Origin: Mobula hypostoma
Lineage: Eukaryota
Assembly: GCF_963921235.1 (NCBI RefSeq)
Contig: NC_086108.1
Location: 109,432,001 to 109,496,000, forward strand
Length of the DNA stretch: 64,000 nt
Direction: 5' to 3'
Below, one piece after another: positions 63,028 through 64,000 of the stretch. Under the pieces are notes generated by a model. It worked only from the letters and a program-made list of their open reading frames with translations, was not told where the DNA came from and did no database searches. The first letter of the stretch is position 1. Each line of letters begins with the position of its first letter. The position numbers and the translations under genes were made by a program.

Positions 63028-64000
63028 GCACCCAGAGGAAAGTCACGCTTACAGATAGTGTCAGAATTGAACTCTGAACTCCGACACCCTGAGCTGTAAT
63101 AACATCGCGCTAACCACTACGCAACTGCGGTGCCCAAAGTTCGAAGTAAGTTTATTATCTAAGTGCATATATACAACCCTGAGACTCATTTTCTTGAGGG
63201 CATACTCAATAAATCCACAATAGAGTAACGACCATAATAGAATCAATGAAAGACCACATATTCTCTTGGGCGTTCAGCTAACGTGCAAAAGACGACAAGC
63301 TGTGCAAATGTAAAAAAGAAATAATAAGAATAAATATATAAGCAATAAAAATTGAGAACATGAGGTGAAGAGTCTTTCAAAGTGAGTCCATAGCTTTTGG
63401 GAACAGTTCAGTGTTGGGGCAAGTGAAGTTAAGTGAAGTTATCCCTTTTGGTTCAAGAGCCTAATGGCTGAGGGCCAAAACTGCACATTACAGGGAGCGT
63501 AGAAATTGGATTGGTGTAGTTGGACAGCACAGTCAGTCTGCCGAAGGGTCTATTTCTTCGCTTCATGACTCCATAGGTAAATATGGAATAGGTTAGAACT
63601 TTATTCCTTGCAGAGCAGGAGAATGAGGAGATATCTAATTGAGATATACAAAATCTTGAGGGGTATGGAGAGGTTAGCTTTATTTGTCACAGGTACACCA
63701 AAACATACAGTGAAATGCATCATTTGCATCAAATCAAATCAGTGTGGATTGTGTGGGGGCAGCCCGAAAGTGTTTCCGGCACTTCCAGCACCACACAGTA
63801 TGTTCACAAATCACTAACCCTAACTATACAAATTTGAAATGTTGGAGGAAACCAGGTCACCCGGAGGAAATCAGCGCAGTCATGGGAAGGATATAAGAAG
63901 TTCTTACAGACTGTGACAGGAATTGAACCTATATTTTACAGCTGTAAAGCAATTGTGCTAACCACTACACAACCGTGCTACCTAGTATATAGATAGGGTT

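Overview
Eukaryotic, vertebrate-type DNA made up mostly of decayed and nested transposable elements. The repeat set (CR1/HER1-type LINEs, V-SINE/HE1-type SINEs, Rex1/Babar, L2, L1, Nimb, Penelope-like elements, Tc1, Tigger, hAT, Gypsy) suggests a cartilaginous fish (shark or ray); this taxon call is an inference. No intact protein-coding gene is visible, and nearly all listed ORFs are TE remnants or antisense shadows. Main highlights: (1) young palindromic Penelope-like mini-insertions with 14-bp target duplications that carry intact minimal type I hammerhead ribozyme cores (60800-60833, 62931-62966); (2) an L1 insertion with twin-priming-type 5' inversion and 16-bp TSD (34.7-35.8 kb); (3) a ~900-bp solo LTR with 4-bp TSD, nested in a SINE and itself hit by an internally deleted Rex1; (4) a minisatellite with 20/40/120-bp hierarchy born from a CR1 segment; (5) an orphan hairpin with 32-bp arms; (6) candidate minus-strand exons of an unidentified host transcript. 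TE family names come from recognising motifs by eye and need Dfam/Repbase confirmation. Boundaries without TSD/TIR support are approximate.
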